Source: Trypethelium eluteriae (lineage: Eukaryota). From it: a stretch of DNA of 50,741 bases. Numbering within the stretch: position 1 is the stretch's first letter; each line of letters starts with the position of its first letter. Under the pieces are notes generated by a model. That model had not been told where the DNA came from, ran no database searches, and saw only the letters and a program-made list of their open reading frames with translations. Below, piece by piece: positions 1-10,800 of the stretch. Position numbers and translations under genes: made by a program. The stretch is taken from assembly GCA_051942245.1 (NCBI GenBank), contig JAVECL010000115.1, positions 1 to 50,741 on the forward strand, read 5' to 3'.

Positions 1-605
1 GTTTGTGTTTTTGAGGGAGGGGGAAGGGGGGAGTGGGTGAATTGAGGCAGGTCTGGATAGCTCTGCGGTAGGTGCCGAGGATTATGTATGTGGGAAAAAT
101 GAAGCGGCATAGGTTCGAGCATTGAAAGGTAACTAAGTAGACTAGCAATTGAAGTATATGGTGATACAATTAATGAAACGCAGAGCTTTAGCGGCGCCAG
201 CGAGGGTAAAAATGACTCCAAGTAATGAAGATAGGGATTACATCGTTTCGTATAAGGACTTTATCGGTGAGTGATATCCGCCGCATACCAAGCAATGTAG
301 CTATTTGTGTTACGATACGGTACGGCCAAGTGGAATTAGTCCAATTTTTGGAACTGAATTAGAGTCACTCTCTATTCGATCATGTTGATGTGCCTCATCC
401 ACAAACCAACCTCGCTACCTCTGACTCCGAAAGGCCTGCATCCACTTAAAGTAATTTTGGGGTGCACGCGCCTTCTGCGGCTTTGTGCTCGGCGTCTTCA
501 TATGTCGCGCTTCAAAGTCGAGAGCGAAAGCCCACTCTGGTGGCTGCTACTAGGCAAGTGGGACGTCTCTGATCATCCCAATATTGATCTTCTTGGCTTA
601 GCTGC

Positions 606-1667
606 TTAGGTCTTGCTCTTTGCTCCATTTGACTGACTATGCTCTTGTGCTGAGTTTTGTTGAGCTTTCGCAAGCTTGACTAACCCCTCAGATGAAGCCA
701 TTCCTTGAACACCAATAGAAAAGTTCTTGTTGCACTGCTCGGCTGTAATTTGGAAGGCAACATTTTTCTGATCGACGGTGCCTTGTACTCCAATGGCCCT
801 CTCTTCATTCTTCTGGCTCTTTTGTATGACGAATGCGGACGTATTCTCGGGCATCCCTGTATGTTTCAAGAGTTGATCGGTCAGTGGCCAAGGGAGATCT
901 TGCTGATTGACAGTGCTTTGGACTTCAATGGCCCTATCTTCTTTCTTTTCGTCCTTTTTTATGACCAACGCGGATCTTTCTTTGGGTATCCCTGTATGTT
1001 TCAAGAGCTGATCGATCACTGACCGAGAAAGATCTTGCGGATCTCGTTCCTCACGACGAACGAAACTTGTGGGCGATGTGTTAGTTCTGAGAGTCCTAAA
1101 GTACCGAGTGAGGATGGCCTACTCTTGTACTTCTTGCTGCAATTGCGATGGCATCCGGAGGCGATTGACGACTTTTTCAAGATTTTCTATGAGGAAGCTG
1201 AGATCTTGAATCAGGGCGTCAAACTTCACTTTGTCATGAATTGCCCATAGGGTTCGTCTGCGTATGAGCCTAGAATTGGAGTCTGTGCCAGCACGGATGA
1301 TCTGTCTTGCTTGAACGGTAAGAGATTTGATCATGCTGCGGCCCTTTCGCTCCACATTATATTTCTCTACCAGCAGAGTGGTGTTATCAAGGATACTTTG
1401 GATGCCTAGAAGGCTACGCCCGACGATCTCTCCTTCAATTGGCCAGCAATCGCGGAGAACGGGATGTTCGCCACCCGGCGCTGCAACGTTGAGAGCGTCT
1501 CCCCATTGCGACAATCGGGCACGCAGAAGACCCAGCTTCGTACAAGCCAATTGGTAATCGCAGGCGTAGCTCCTGCCGAGCTCGAAATAGTCAAAGAGCT
1601 CGATGCAGGTTGAGAAGAGTGAGGCGAGAGCAATGGCGCCGATGACGAGGCCTGCGACGTCCGCCAT
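606..1667 (-). CDS. HeLo-domain (prion-inhibition and propagation family) protein with C-terminal amyloid-like repeats; 2 exons (1667-1123, 1065-606)
   Basis: The N-terminus MADVAGLVIGAIALASLFSTCIELFDYFELGRSY...KLGLLRARLSQWG and the later RRRTLWAIHDKVKFDALIQDLSFLIENL are typical HeLo motifs. Intron 1122-1066 (GTAGGC...ACTAAC...CAAG) joins ORF 1119..1766 in frame to ORF 606..1019 (QD-FVRREERDPQDLSRSVIDQLLK). Start placed at ATG 1667 because the HeLo hydrophobic helix is normally N-terminal; upstream in-frame ATGs exist. Confidence 0.8.
769..1038 (-). repeat. Two-copy 135-nt (45-aa) coding tandem duplication
   Basis: CAATGGCCCT at 791 and 926; GATCTTGC at 896 and 1031; ATCCCTGTATGTTTCAAGAG in both copies. 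Protein: QDLSRSVIDQLLKHTGIPKERSALVIKKDEKKEDRAIEVQSTVNQ / QDLPWPLTDQLLKHTGMPENTSAFVIQKSQKNEERAIGVQGTVDQ. Confidence 0.95.
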
Positions 1668-2279
1668 GACCGACCGGGAACAAGATGGGACGAGTGCTTT
1701 GCAGAAATTTTCAGCTGCCATACCTCGCTCTTTTATATTCGAAGATGAAGGTTTGAGGTACTGCATGGCTACGTTATGGTGTCATGATCTTTAGGTCCTG
1801 CATCCAGTCGTGCCTTGCTTGTGGAGCCTTGTCTACCCTTTCTGAAATGCTAGAATATCCGCTGATAGGTGGCGCATGGAAATTTTACTGGAGGTCTCTG
1901 CAGCTGGCCTCTTTGAGAGAGATACAACCTCAAACCGCTTTCGGCTGATGATACAATCTTCTATCTTCCGGCACAGAAGATATATGCTCAACTCTAAGTT
2001 TGAATGTATCTCGACTGCGCGACGGAGTATTCTTGAGTATGATTTAGCGTTAATTCGTAGTAGCGTATGATTTCACTGCTGTCGCCCTGATAGCACAAGC
2101 CTAGCGGGGTCTTTTGAGAGAGGTAACTACCTTATCGTAAGCTGATTGCCATGCGAGCCTGGCAGCGTGCAGCCTACCTAGTAGTGCTGTGCATTTCCAT
2201 CGGTCGACTTCCTTCCTTCACGTACGCACGCCATCCGATATTAAGCCTGGATCCTGGACTTTCTGCATGCTGATCTTAT

Positions 2280-3209
2280 ATGTCCCCTACGCCCCCTGAT
2301 ACATCATATCGTGATGTAATACACAACCAAGGACTCCACGTTGACAGGCTCCACGTTGAGAGGTTCCGCGTGGACAACCTAACTTGTGTGCAAGTCTTTA
2401 ATCCGAGACAAATTAACCACGACAACGCTTCGGGTACTGTAGGTTTTCTTGGCATGCGTAAGTCTCTCGCGCAGCGACTCCGAAGAGTGAGCAGATGTGG
2501 TGGACTTAGGGGTATGGAGTTAGACTACGCAATGCGTATCCGTATGCTAACGTTGGTTATCGTATTACTAGACGAGACCAGAACCACAGAAGTCGCGACT
2601 ACTATGTCAGGAATTGAGCACACTCCCGTCACCACTCCCTCTACCAACGACGTTAATCCCTCACACTTAATTGTGCCAAAGAACTTCATAACGCGGTCTG
2701 CTTCTTGGTTCAAAGCTGGCTTATATATTAGTGTATGGGCCTACAACGAAAACGATATGGAGAGAGAGATTCATGAGAAAACATTCATTCTGCTTGATAC
2801 CAGAAATGATGAAGGTACGGGCGTATTGGTCAGGTCGCTGGATGGGGAGCAATTGGAACAGCTTGAGCATAATAGCTCAAAGTGTCGCACTCACATGAGG
2901 CTTTACGGATCAGAGAAGAAGGCGAAAGAAGCAATGGCTGAGGCTGTGAAGAAAGCCAAGGAAACGAAGACTGATTTACATATGAAGTCTGCTTACCTCG
3001 ACGAATACACCGAAAAGGAATTGCCGAAGGAAACGTACATTTTCCTGGAGCACCCCTATAATATTGCCTTCAAGTACAAGTACGAGGACCATGGGATACT
3101 TGCGAATGAAGCGCTCGAGGACTTGCGCTTCCACTTCCTGCTATGCGAGGCAAATAGCTGGAACTTGAAAAACAGGCTCAAGCAGTATTTCTCAGGGCAA
3201 GCAAAATGA
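2280..3209 (+). CDS. Hypothetical protein; C-terminal half resembles DUF6590 / PemK-MazF-like beta-barrel
   Basis: 309-aa ORF with a probable in-frame 60-nt intron 2512-2571 (GTATGG...GCTAAC...TAG). WFKAGLYISVW...HEKTFILLD...GVLVRSLDG...ETYIFLEHPYNI...HGILANEALEDLR follows the DUF6590/MazF strand-and-helix pattern by eye only. Confidence 0.5.
   Translation: MSPTPPDTSYRDVIHNQGLHVDRLHVERFRVDNLTCVQVFNPRQINHDNASGTVGFLGMRKSLAQRLRRVSRCGGLRGMELDYAMRIRMLTLVIVLLDETRTTEVATTMSGIEHTPVTTPSTNDVNPSHLIVPKNFITRSASWFKAGLYISVWAYNENDMEREIHEKTFILLDTRNDEGTGVLVRSLDGEQLEQLEHNSSKCRTHMRLYGSEKKAKEAMAEAVKKAKETKTDLHMKSAYLDEYTEKELPKETYIFLEHPYNIAFKYKYEDHGILANEALEDLRFHFLLCEANSWNLKNRLKQYFSGQAK
2334..2378 (+). repeat. 15-nt coding minisatellite, 3 copies (LHVDR LHVER FRVDN)
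   Basis: CTCCACGTTGACAGG CTCCACGTTGAGAGG TTCCGCGTGGACAAC. Confidence 0.8.
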
Positions 3210-3904
3210 AGCGACGAATGTCTCCGACGCCCATCATACTCGCACCACTTCCAGTAACTCCAATGCCTCGTATGGGTATGCTATCGACACCAAGTGATGC
3301 AGATTACTATCTTGTCAGCACTCTGGCTTGGTCCACTCCTTCCTTTTACATGCACTGGCCGCATGTACACCACGCTACATCGTCGATAAGTACACCAGGA
3401 TCTCTAAAATTAGACAGCTGTCCGCCTACACACGTCATGCTTTTACTCCCGACGTTCGAAGAACCACTAGAGGGTCGATAAAGGGGCTAGAGGCTACCAA
3501 TTGACTCCCAGCCACTTCCATTCACCGGAGTAACTCGGAGTTTCTTTTCATTTTGTGTGTTCACAGCTTTAGACAAGGCCAGACTCATCAATTGACAGTG
3601 AAATGTTGGGGGCTCAAATAGCTAGAAGAGCTCGTATTAGTTTGAATTAGAATCTAAGCACGAAGGTGTAATTGCATGCAGCTGCAGCCTACGTAGGCTC
3701 TCAGCCAAGGTTCTTTTCGTGTGTGCCAATTGATCTGTCTAGCCTCACGTAGTTCAACTCTGTGTGTGTGCTACAAGATCACGTGCTAGGCCACGACACT
3801 CAAGGTGCTTGGGGGTTCACAAAATGATATTCTGCGCTACCTAAGTCATCAAGTGCAGACTGGTGGAGTAGTCGACCAGCTCAGTCATGGACAGGGAGAT
3901 GATC

Positions 3905-5614
3905 TCAGTCGGCAAGAACTTGAGTGACCACGCTCAAAAATCCGCTCAACCCATTGCCCGCACTAGTTTCGTCCACGGTGGCTGCTGCAGCAGCAATTTG
4001 ACACACTAAGTTCAGTCCCATTTCGCCAAGCTTTATCCCTTCTTTAAACTCTGGGAATGCACCCTGGAGTTCGCTGCCTATGTTCTCTATAACTTCATCA
4101 CAGATCCATTCGCCTTTGGTCTCCTCGACTCGAAATTCGAAATAAGCATCTAGATATTGGAAGCCGCTCGCGTCAACGTACTGGAAGCCGATGAAGCCTG
4201 CAGCATTGCACGCAGTCTTCGTCTCTGGGGAAGCCCCGAATGGGTCCACAGGGTTATAATCCCTGTTTGTCTCGTCCCAGCAACTCTTTCCAGTAGCCGA
4301 CGAATTTACTGCGAGCGCAATCATACCGATCATGAAATCTCTCATGTCAACTGAGTTGAAGCTGCTGGCTAAGACACTGATCATTAGTTGGCCGCGGTCC
4401 TCCATTTCATTAACAACATCGATGTATGGTACGTGGTCGACAGTGACTGTTGCTGAGTCGCCCATTGAGCAGAGACTGGCTCCTGGACATAATTGTGATA
4501 AAGCGCTGGATACCGTGGTGTAGAGAGGCGGTCCGGTTAGCGTTCCTACATTGATACTCGAATTACCAATCTCGACCGTGACAGATGGCTTTTGCGACGT
4601 TGTTGAGATGACTGCGGACGAGCCATAGCAATAGCTATTGACATGATTTGTATTAGTGTCAGTTATATCCCAAGGGCTGACCATCCAGGTCTTGCATTCG
4701 ATGACATCGCCACTCGAGGTTGTAGTGAATGGATATTCAATCCCCGAGGTTGTGGGTGGGCCAGTGGATCGAGACGCCTGAGGTGGAAGGGCAGTCCATG
4801 GACAGACTCCTCGAAATGGGGATATCGTTGCACCGTTCGTGCAGACGCACGAACCTGTTCCAGCAGAGTTTCCCTTTATTTCACATGGTCGCTTCCGTGT
4901 AGATGAGCTGGTCGAGCTACTGGTAGGACCGATAGGCTCGCAGCTAGAGCCAATGCATCTGATGTCGGAGCACACCAAACCCGCCGAGTCTCTGCGAATG
5001 GAACGTGGTGGAGAAGTCACAGTTGGGATCACCGGGGGACTTCCTGCGCCGGGGACAGCCTTTGGATATGGTTCTGCTTTGGACGTATATGATGACGCTG
5101 GTGGTGGCAAGTATGAAATACTACGGGGAAGCGGAGTAGCACGCAAAGCGTGATAGGCCTCATAATCTCCCATAGTCATGCTAGTGGAGTGTCCACACAC
5201 TAAATAGTATATCCACGAAGTGTCTGCTGCATCTTTAGGTGGATTGTGAGTGGAGACAGAGGGCGTAGCGGATGGTAATGGCTCCTCTGAAGAAAGGTCA
5301 GTCGAAGCGTCGTCTTCATCTAAATCACTATCGTCATCTGATTCTGGTCCATTATCGGAGTTTGGTGAGGTCATATCAATGGTATCATTGGCTTTCTTGT
5401 GTAGCAGCTGAGGTAGTCGGTTTTCTGGGAAGCCTTCGGCATGATTAAATGTCCTAGCCAGGACTTTGGTGAAGGAGCTCGACGTGCGAGCTACTTCTTG
5501 CTCGATCGAGGGCTCAATGTTCGCCGGGGCACCTTCAACTCCATCAAAGTAGCGACTGCCGAAAATCCAACACGCGATCAAGATAAAAGACCAGAGTGCA
5601 GCGGTTCGCAGCAT
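3905..5614 (-). CDS. Secreted Ser/Thr/Pro- and Cys-rich hypothetical protein
   Basis: Long ORF; first ATG at 5614 gives signal-peptide-like MLRTAALWSFILIACWIFG; acidic tract, S/T/P linkers, dibasic RR/KR sites, Cys-rich modules and a globular C-terminal region. Confidence 0.7.
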   Translation of the reverse strand: MLRTAALWSFILIACWIFGSRYFDGVEGAPANIEPSIEQEVARTSSSFTKVLARTFNHAEGFPENRLPQLLHKKANDTIDMTSPNSDNGPESDDDSDLDEDDASTDLSSEEPLPSATPSVSTHNPPKDAADTSWIYYLVCGHSTSMTMGDYEAYHALRATPLPRSISYLPPPASSYTSKAEPYPKAVPGAGSPPVIPTVTSPPRSIRRDSAGLVCSDIRCIGSSCEPIGPTSSSTSSSTRKRPCEIKGNSAGTGSCVCTNGATISPFRGVCPWTALPPQASRSTGPPTTSGIEYPFTTTSSGDVIECKTWMVSPWDITDTNTNHVNSYCYGSSAVISTTSQKPSVTVEIGNSSINVGTLTGPPLYTTVSSALSQLCPGASLCSMGDSATVTVDHVPYIDVVNEMEDRGQLMISVLASSFNSVDMRDFMIGMIALAVNSSATGKSCWDETNRDYNPVDPFGASPETKTACNAAGFIGFQYVDASGFQYLDAYFEFRVEETKGEWICDEVIENIGSELQGAFPEFKEGIKLGEMGLNLVCQIAAAAATVDETSAGNGLSGFLSVVTQVLAD

Positions 5615-6615
5615 GGCGAAAAAGTATATAGAGAGCAGCTGGCGCAGATCCCCAAATAAATATGCAAATTGCGTAGAGGTCAACGCAAAATGCAGAGCTT
5701 GGTCAGATTACGGTCAAGGTACATCAGAATGCGTTCGCTGCCACAGTCTGATCGTGCCTCTGTAGTCGTTCACACCAACCAGATTGGCCTCGGAGCAGTG
5801 ACATATTGGTGCTGATTATATTGCAGCCAGGATGAGGAAGGAAAATGAGAGATTTTATTGAAACACTAGAAAATGGATACTTCACACTCAGCGCGATTTG
5901 CCACACGTTGAGTGGATTTGGAATTAGTCAAACGCCCGTGAGTCGCGGGTAACGATGCAAGACGTTACTTGCAATGTCGAAAATGTGACTGTCGCAATAA
6001 TAATGATCGTCCCGATTACTGCTAGGCAAATGGATGCGAGATTAGGCTGTGTGGGCTTCGTTACTACTAATTCCCGGTGTTATGATGGTCAGAATGTGTA
6101 TCTCAGAGATTATGTAATTTTTCAGACTTCAAGCCGCTGGCATTTCTGCATACCAGTTGAATTGGAAGCTCGAGTAACAGGCAATCCGTGTCGTGCCCTG
6201 GCGCCGCAAACACCACCGCTATGTTCTATTCACCTTGGTTGAGTCCGGGAAGACCTCCAATTGCAAAATTATCGACCGTTCTGATCTGTGTCTTCTCTAC
6301 GCTCCCTGACCTTGGACACTACTACTACTGCAGAGTCTTTTTCCTCTTTCTTTTTCTCAGCCTCATTTGTCGAATTCTCCCAGTAAGACTCGTCCGCCTC
6401 GGGTTTCTTCGTTATTTTTTCGAAATGATGGTGCTGGACGGGGTCACCTTCAGCTGCTGCTCCATAATGGCTTGCTCGCCTGCATTATATGCCTGAAGGT
6501 AGTAGCAGCCTTAAGTTCGGGGTCGATATGATGTTCAGCCTTGGATTATTTAGCTGCAAATTGGACGGCGTAGTCTGCTGCAACCGTTGCGAGTCGAAAA
6601 AGACCGGCAGGACAA

Positions 6616-7501
6616 TTAAGCGGCAGGAGACGCACTTGTATTGTTTGTGCCCTTTTGCTGTGTTGATGAAGCTGCAGTGTTTTCCACATGTCCTTCTGAA
6701 GTCTCTACGGGCGGGAAGGTTTTCCTAAAGACATAAATCATTAGCCGAGCTTGTCATGAAGGTAAGGGTTGCGACGAATGGGAAGAGGTTTCCGTAGGGC
6801 ATTCCGGTAATACACTCACGGTGTCCACTCTTCGTAAGCCTTTTGGTCCTTCTCCATGAAGCTGCAAAACACGATACGATCCAACTTTGCACCGTCCTTC
6901 CCTTCGAGAAACTTCCTCACCTCCCCTAAGGCCGTCTCCGCAGCCTCGTTACTCGGGTAGCCATACACACCTGTACTCAGAGCTGAAAAGGCAATGCTTT
7001 TGCATTTGTTGGCGACAGCAAGCTCGAGTGATTTGCGGTAGCAACCCTGCAGAAGAGAAGTATGTAGGCCCAGACGCTTCGTCACGTCGTAAATGGGACC
7101 AACAGCATGGATAACGCGTTCGCAGGGGAGCTCGTAGGCCTTTGTGATTTTGGCGTCTCCGGTATCGCATCCATCGAGGGTAGCGCACTCTTCAACGAGA
7201 TCGGGACCCGCCGCACGGTGGATAGCCTGCCCCCATCCGAGTCAGCAAGTGCATAGAAGAGTCGACGTAAAGGCTGGTTAGGACACACGCCATCAACACC
7301 TCCACCACCTAGGAGAGTCTCGTTTGCAGCGTTTACGATGGCGTCAACTCTGAGCTTCGTGATGTCATTACAGATGAGTGAGATTACGTTGTTGAAGTTG
7401 GCGTTCGGTGTGTGGGAGGGGGATACGGCGGGAGCGAGCTTGTTGGCGGCATATAAAGAAGCCAGAGTAGGAATCTGGCTCAGAGAAACGAGGTCAGACA
7501 T
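6616..7501 (-). CDS. Macrodomain protein (MacroD-type ADP-ribosylhydrolase / O-acetyl-ADP-ribose deacetylase); 3 exons
   Basis: [39 protein letters not shown] and [15 protein letters not shown] motifs; introns 7288-7227 and 6819-6725; ends PKTFPP...SPAA*. Confidence 0.92.
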
Positions 7502-7864
7502 TTTGGATAGTAATGGCATCAGCTTGAGTGGATTCGAAAGTTGCAGAAGCTGGAAGTTCAGAAGCTGGACGTTTGTATGGAGGTAGATGGTGAAGGTGGG
7601 GGTGGGGGTTCAAGCTTCAGGAGATTGGGGTGTTCGGAGTACGGTACGGAGTACTCTCAAATTAATACCTGAGATACCTGAGGTACGTAAGGTAAGGGAG
7701 GCAGTGATTGGGTAAATACTTCATGCTCACCCCACTCATGCGGATCTTATCGATCACCTACTACCTGGGTAGGTACCTGAATTACCTTACTGCAAGTGAC
7801 GGACACTACCTCATAAACGAATGGTTCTATAGTGATTATGCTACATTAAATCAGGTCTATGTAA

Positions 7865-10800
7865 TTATGCTTTCCCTGCAGCCTCTTCCTTCTTCCTGTC
7901 TTCCTCGGCCCTCTCCGCCTCTTTCCTCTTCTCTTCCTCTTCTAGCTGCTCTGGCCTCCTCAACGCAATGTCCTTGGGCCGGAAATCGCTGAAGAAATGC
8001 TTCAGTACCTTTTCGATTATCCAGCAAGCACCGTAATCCAAAACCATCACGCTCGTCAGCATGATCTTGAAGTCGGCCGTGAAGGGGACGAGTTTCAACC
8101 TCTCGTTGATCTCGGGTATGAATTCCGTAGCGCAGGAGAACGCAACCCCGGAGACGAGAACGAGCCCCCAGTACATACCCTTGTTCTCACGAATGGATTC
8201 ACGGAATGGTCGGCCTTGGTAGTTGATGGCGAAAGTCGAAATTTGTTGGATGAGTTGGAGGAGGTAAATTGCGCTGTTGAGTAATGAAGGTTCAAATTCA
8301 CCCTCAAGGTCAACGTCATCCTTCTTGGGCTCAGTGCGCTGGACGAATTGCGTCACATAAATCAGAGTGACGATATGGATGGCAAATTGCCCAAGAACAG
8401 AGCCAATGATATATGGGTTGAAGATATTCGTTTGTGGTCGCTCCTTCGAAAGCGCTTCCACTGGCTGCGTGCTGTTAGCTTCTGTGAAGAATAATGAAGG
8501 ATTGAAGGCTCACCTTGGCTCGTGAAATTGACAAGAAGCAGACACTCATCATCATCCCACTGATAGTGACTTGTCCATCTCCAAATTTGATGCCATCGAG
8601 ATAAAGAACACTCAAGCTGTAGGCACTAATCAGGCAGTTCAGAGCCAAGATCTTGTACATCTGAATAGTAGCTACAAGTGTACATCGACCTTGGCGGATG
8701 ATGTTTGGAATAGCAACCACATTGGCGAGTTTGCTCGTGAACGGAGCAGCGACTGATGCATCACCCAGCTTGATAGTTGGAGGTTCATTTTCGTCCAGCT
8801 CGGCTTCCATGAGTGAAGAGCTGAGTTTGTCGGCAAACCCAGCTGCTTGCTTTTGAGCGTTCCGTTTGCGCTGTTCCTGTGGAGAGAGGCTTTCTTCTTG
8901 TTTCTGGAGTGCCGTGGCCCCCGGCGTGGTTATGCTTTCCGTTCCGTTTTCTTTGGGCTTGCCATTGATGGCTGGAAGACCATCCGGAGGAGCGTTGCCT
9001 TTCGTAGCCTTTTTCTCAGCTTCACGTTGCATGGCCTTCTCATAGTGTGGATTAGTCGGGCCTGGTGGATATAAATGGGCGATGAGAGGAGGCACTGGTG
9101 GTGTAGGCTGGTTAAAGCGCTTCATAACAGAAACCTGTTTTTCGTACACTTCCTTCATCTTGGTATTTCTGAAGTGCTCAGATATTCTTTCGAGGTCTTC
9201 TTTTGACCCATTGAGAAGAGCCACACCTATATGTGCTTGTTTTAATGCTCCAACGTCATTCGTTCCATCGCCACACATAAGGGTAGTATAACCACCATCC
9301 TTGAGACCAAGTAAAATGTCTTCCTTTTGCTTTGGTGATACGCGTGCATATACCCAGGTATGGCGTAGAAGCTGCGAGAAAGCTTTCTGATCCTTGAACT
9401 TAGCCAATGCATATCCGGTGACACAGAGATCCTTCGTCTTGAGAATATTCGAATCCAGATCAGCCTTAGGATTGACCGGAATGTTAATTTTATCATCGAT
9501 ACTCCGCCAAACCAAGTTCTCCCCTGACTCATCATGTTCTGGAGCGTCAAGGATCAAGCATTCTCGATCAACGATCTCAACCTCCCGGGCTACGTAGACG
9601 GCAGTCAATGGGTTATCGCCAGTAATCATAACGACGCGGTGACTGCTCTCATTGAGCATCCGCACTGCTCTCTTAGCATCGTCTTTGAGCGGAGTCTTCA
9701 ACACAAGAAATCCAGCAAATCGCAGATCACATTCTACGTCTTCACGCTTCAAGTTGTTAATGCGATTTTGACCGAGTTCGTTATCAGTTGAGAGATGTTT
9801 GTATGCCAAGGCGAGGACTCGAGCACCGTTTCTGGTGAAGTATTTAAATGTCTCTTCATACTGCGGAGGAGTATCCACAAGCATTTTCTGGATAGTCTCA
9901 GGAGCGCCTTTGACACCAACGAAGGTGCTCTTAGTCCTTCTCGATGCTTTCCGGTCGTGTATCGTCACTGTAGCTATGGAACTTTGACGTTTCAGAGCAG
10001 AAGAAAATTGAAATCGACGTCTGATCTGAACTGCATCTGCAACCACGTTTTGGGATGATGCAGCCGAGATTTGATTCGTGAGGATATCGCTCTTGCCCAA
10101 AGTCCAGCCCAGTGACTTGAGGGTAGCCTTCTCCATTGGCTCTCCAACAATATCTCCTTCCTCAAGCTTCACAAGCGCGTGCGCACTTGCAAGAACCAGT
10201 GTTGTTTCCAGTCCAGTACGGTTTACTTGAGTTAGGCTGCTTTGCGCTCCGTCGACTTCTGTCTTGATGTCTTTCTGTCCAAGTGCCAGTCCTGCGATGC
10301 CGTCTACGACGAGATCCTCGCCTGTCAAAGTTCCGGTCTTGTCAAAGCAAGCCACATCGACTCTTCCGGCATAAGGAATCCTAAAAGGCTCTGTGCAGAA
10401 GATTGCATAACGGCTAAGCGCTGCAAGACTTGTATTCACGGCCAAACTCAACTCCATTGGCAGCTCCGGCGGAACAACGCTGGTGATGATGAGAACGCAG
10501 TCGAGCAAGAGCTTGGAACGCTTTCGATCTTTTGCGACCCCTTCCTGCCAGACATACCAGGATGCAGCAATGGCGAACATCAAAAGGAATAGAATGAAGA
10601 GAAGAGCTTCGAGATTGTTCGCAGAGACACGCTCAGTCGAATAGATCATGGTGCGCACCAAGCTGCCTTGGCTCGTTTCAAACCCTGTCTTGGTGACCAC
10701 GGCCATAGCACCTTTATCTGGAGGAGGATGTACACCAGATGATAGCTGGGGTACTGTATCAGGAGCATCTTCACTAGAATTGCCGTGCGCAACTTGTAGA

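Noticed and set aside
1668..1766. N-terminal extension of the HeLo ORF (MQYLKPSS...)
   Set aside because: HeLo domains normally begin with the hydrophobic helix, so MADVAG is the more plausible start; not excluded without transcript data.
6268..6490. Minus-strand charged frame (AAEGDPVQHHHFEK...QNGR*) as an extra macrodomain exon
   Set aside because: The macrodomain gene already terminates at 6616; I found no start codon or convincing donor linking it.
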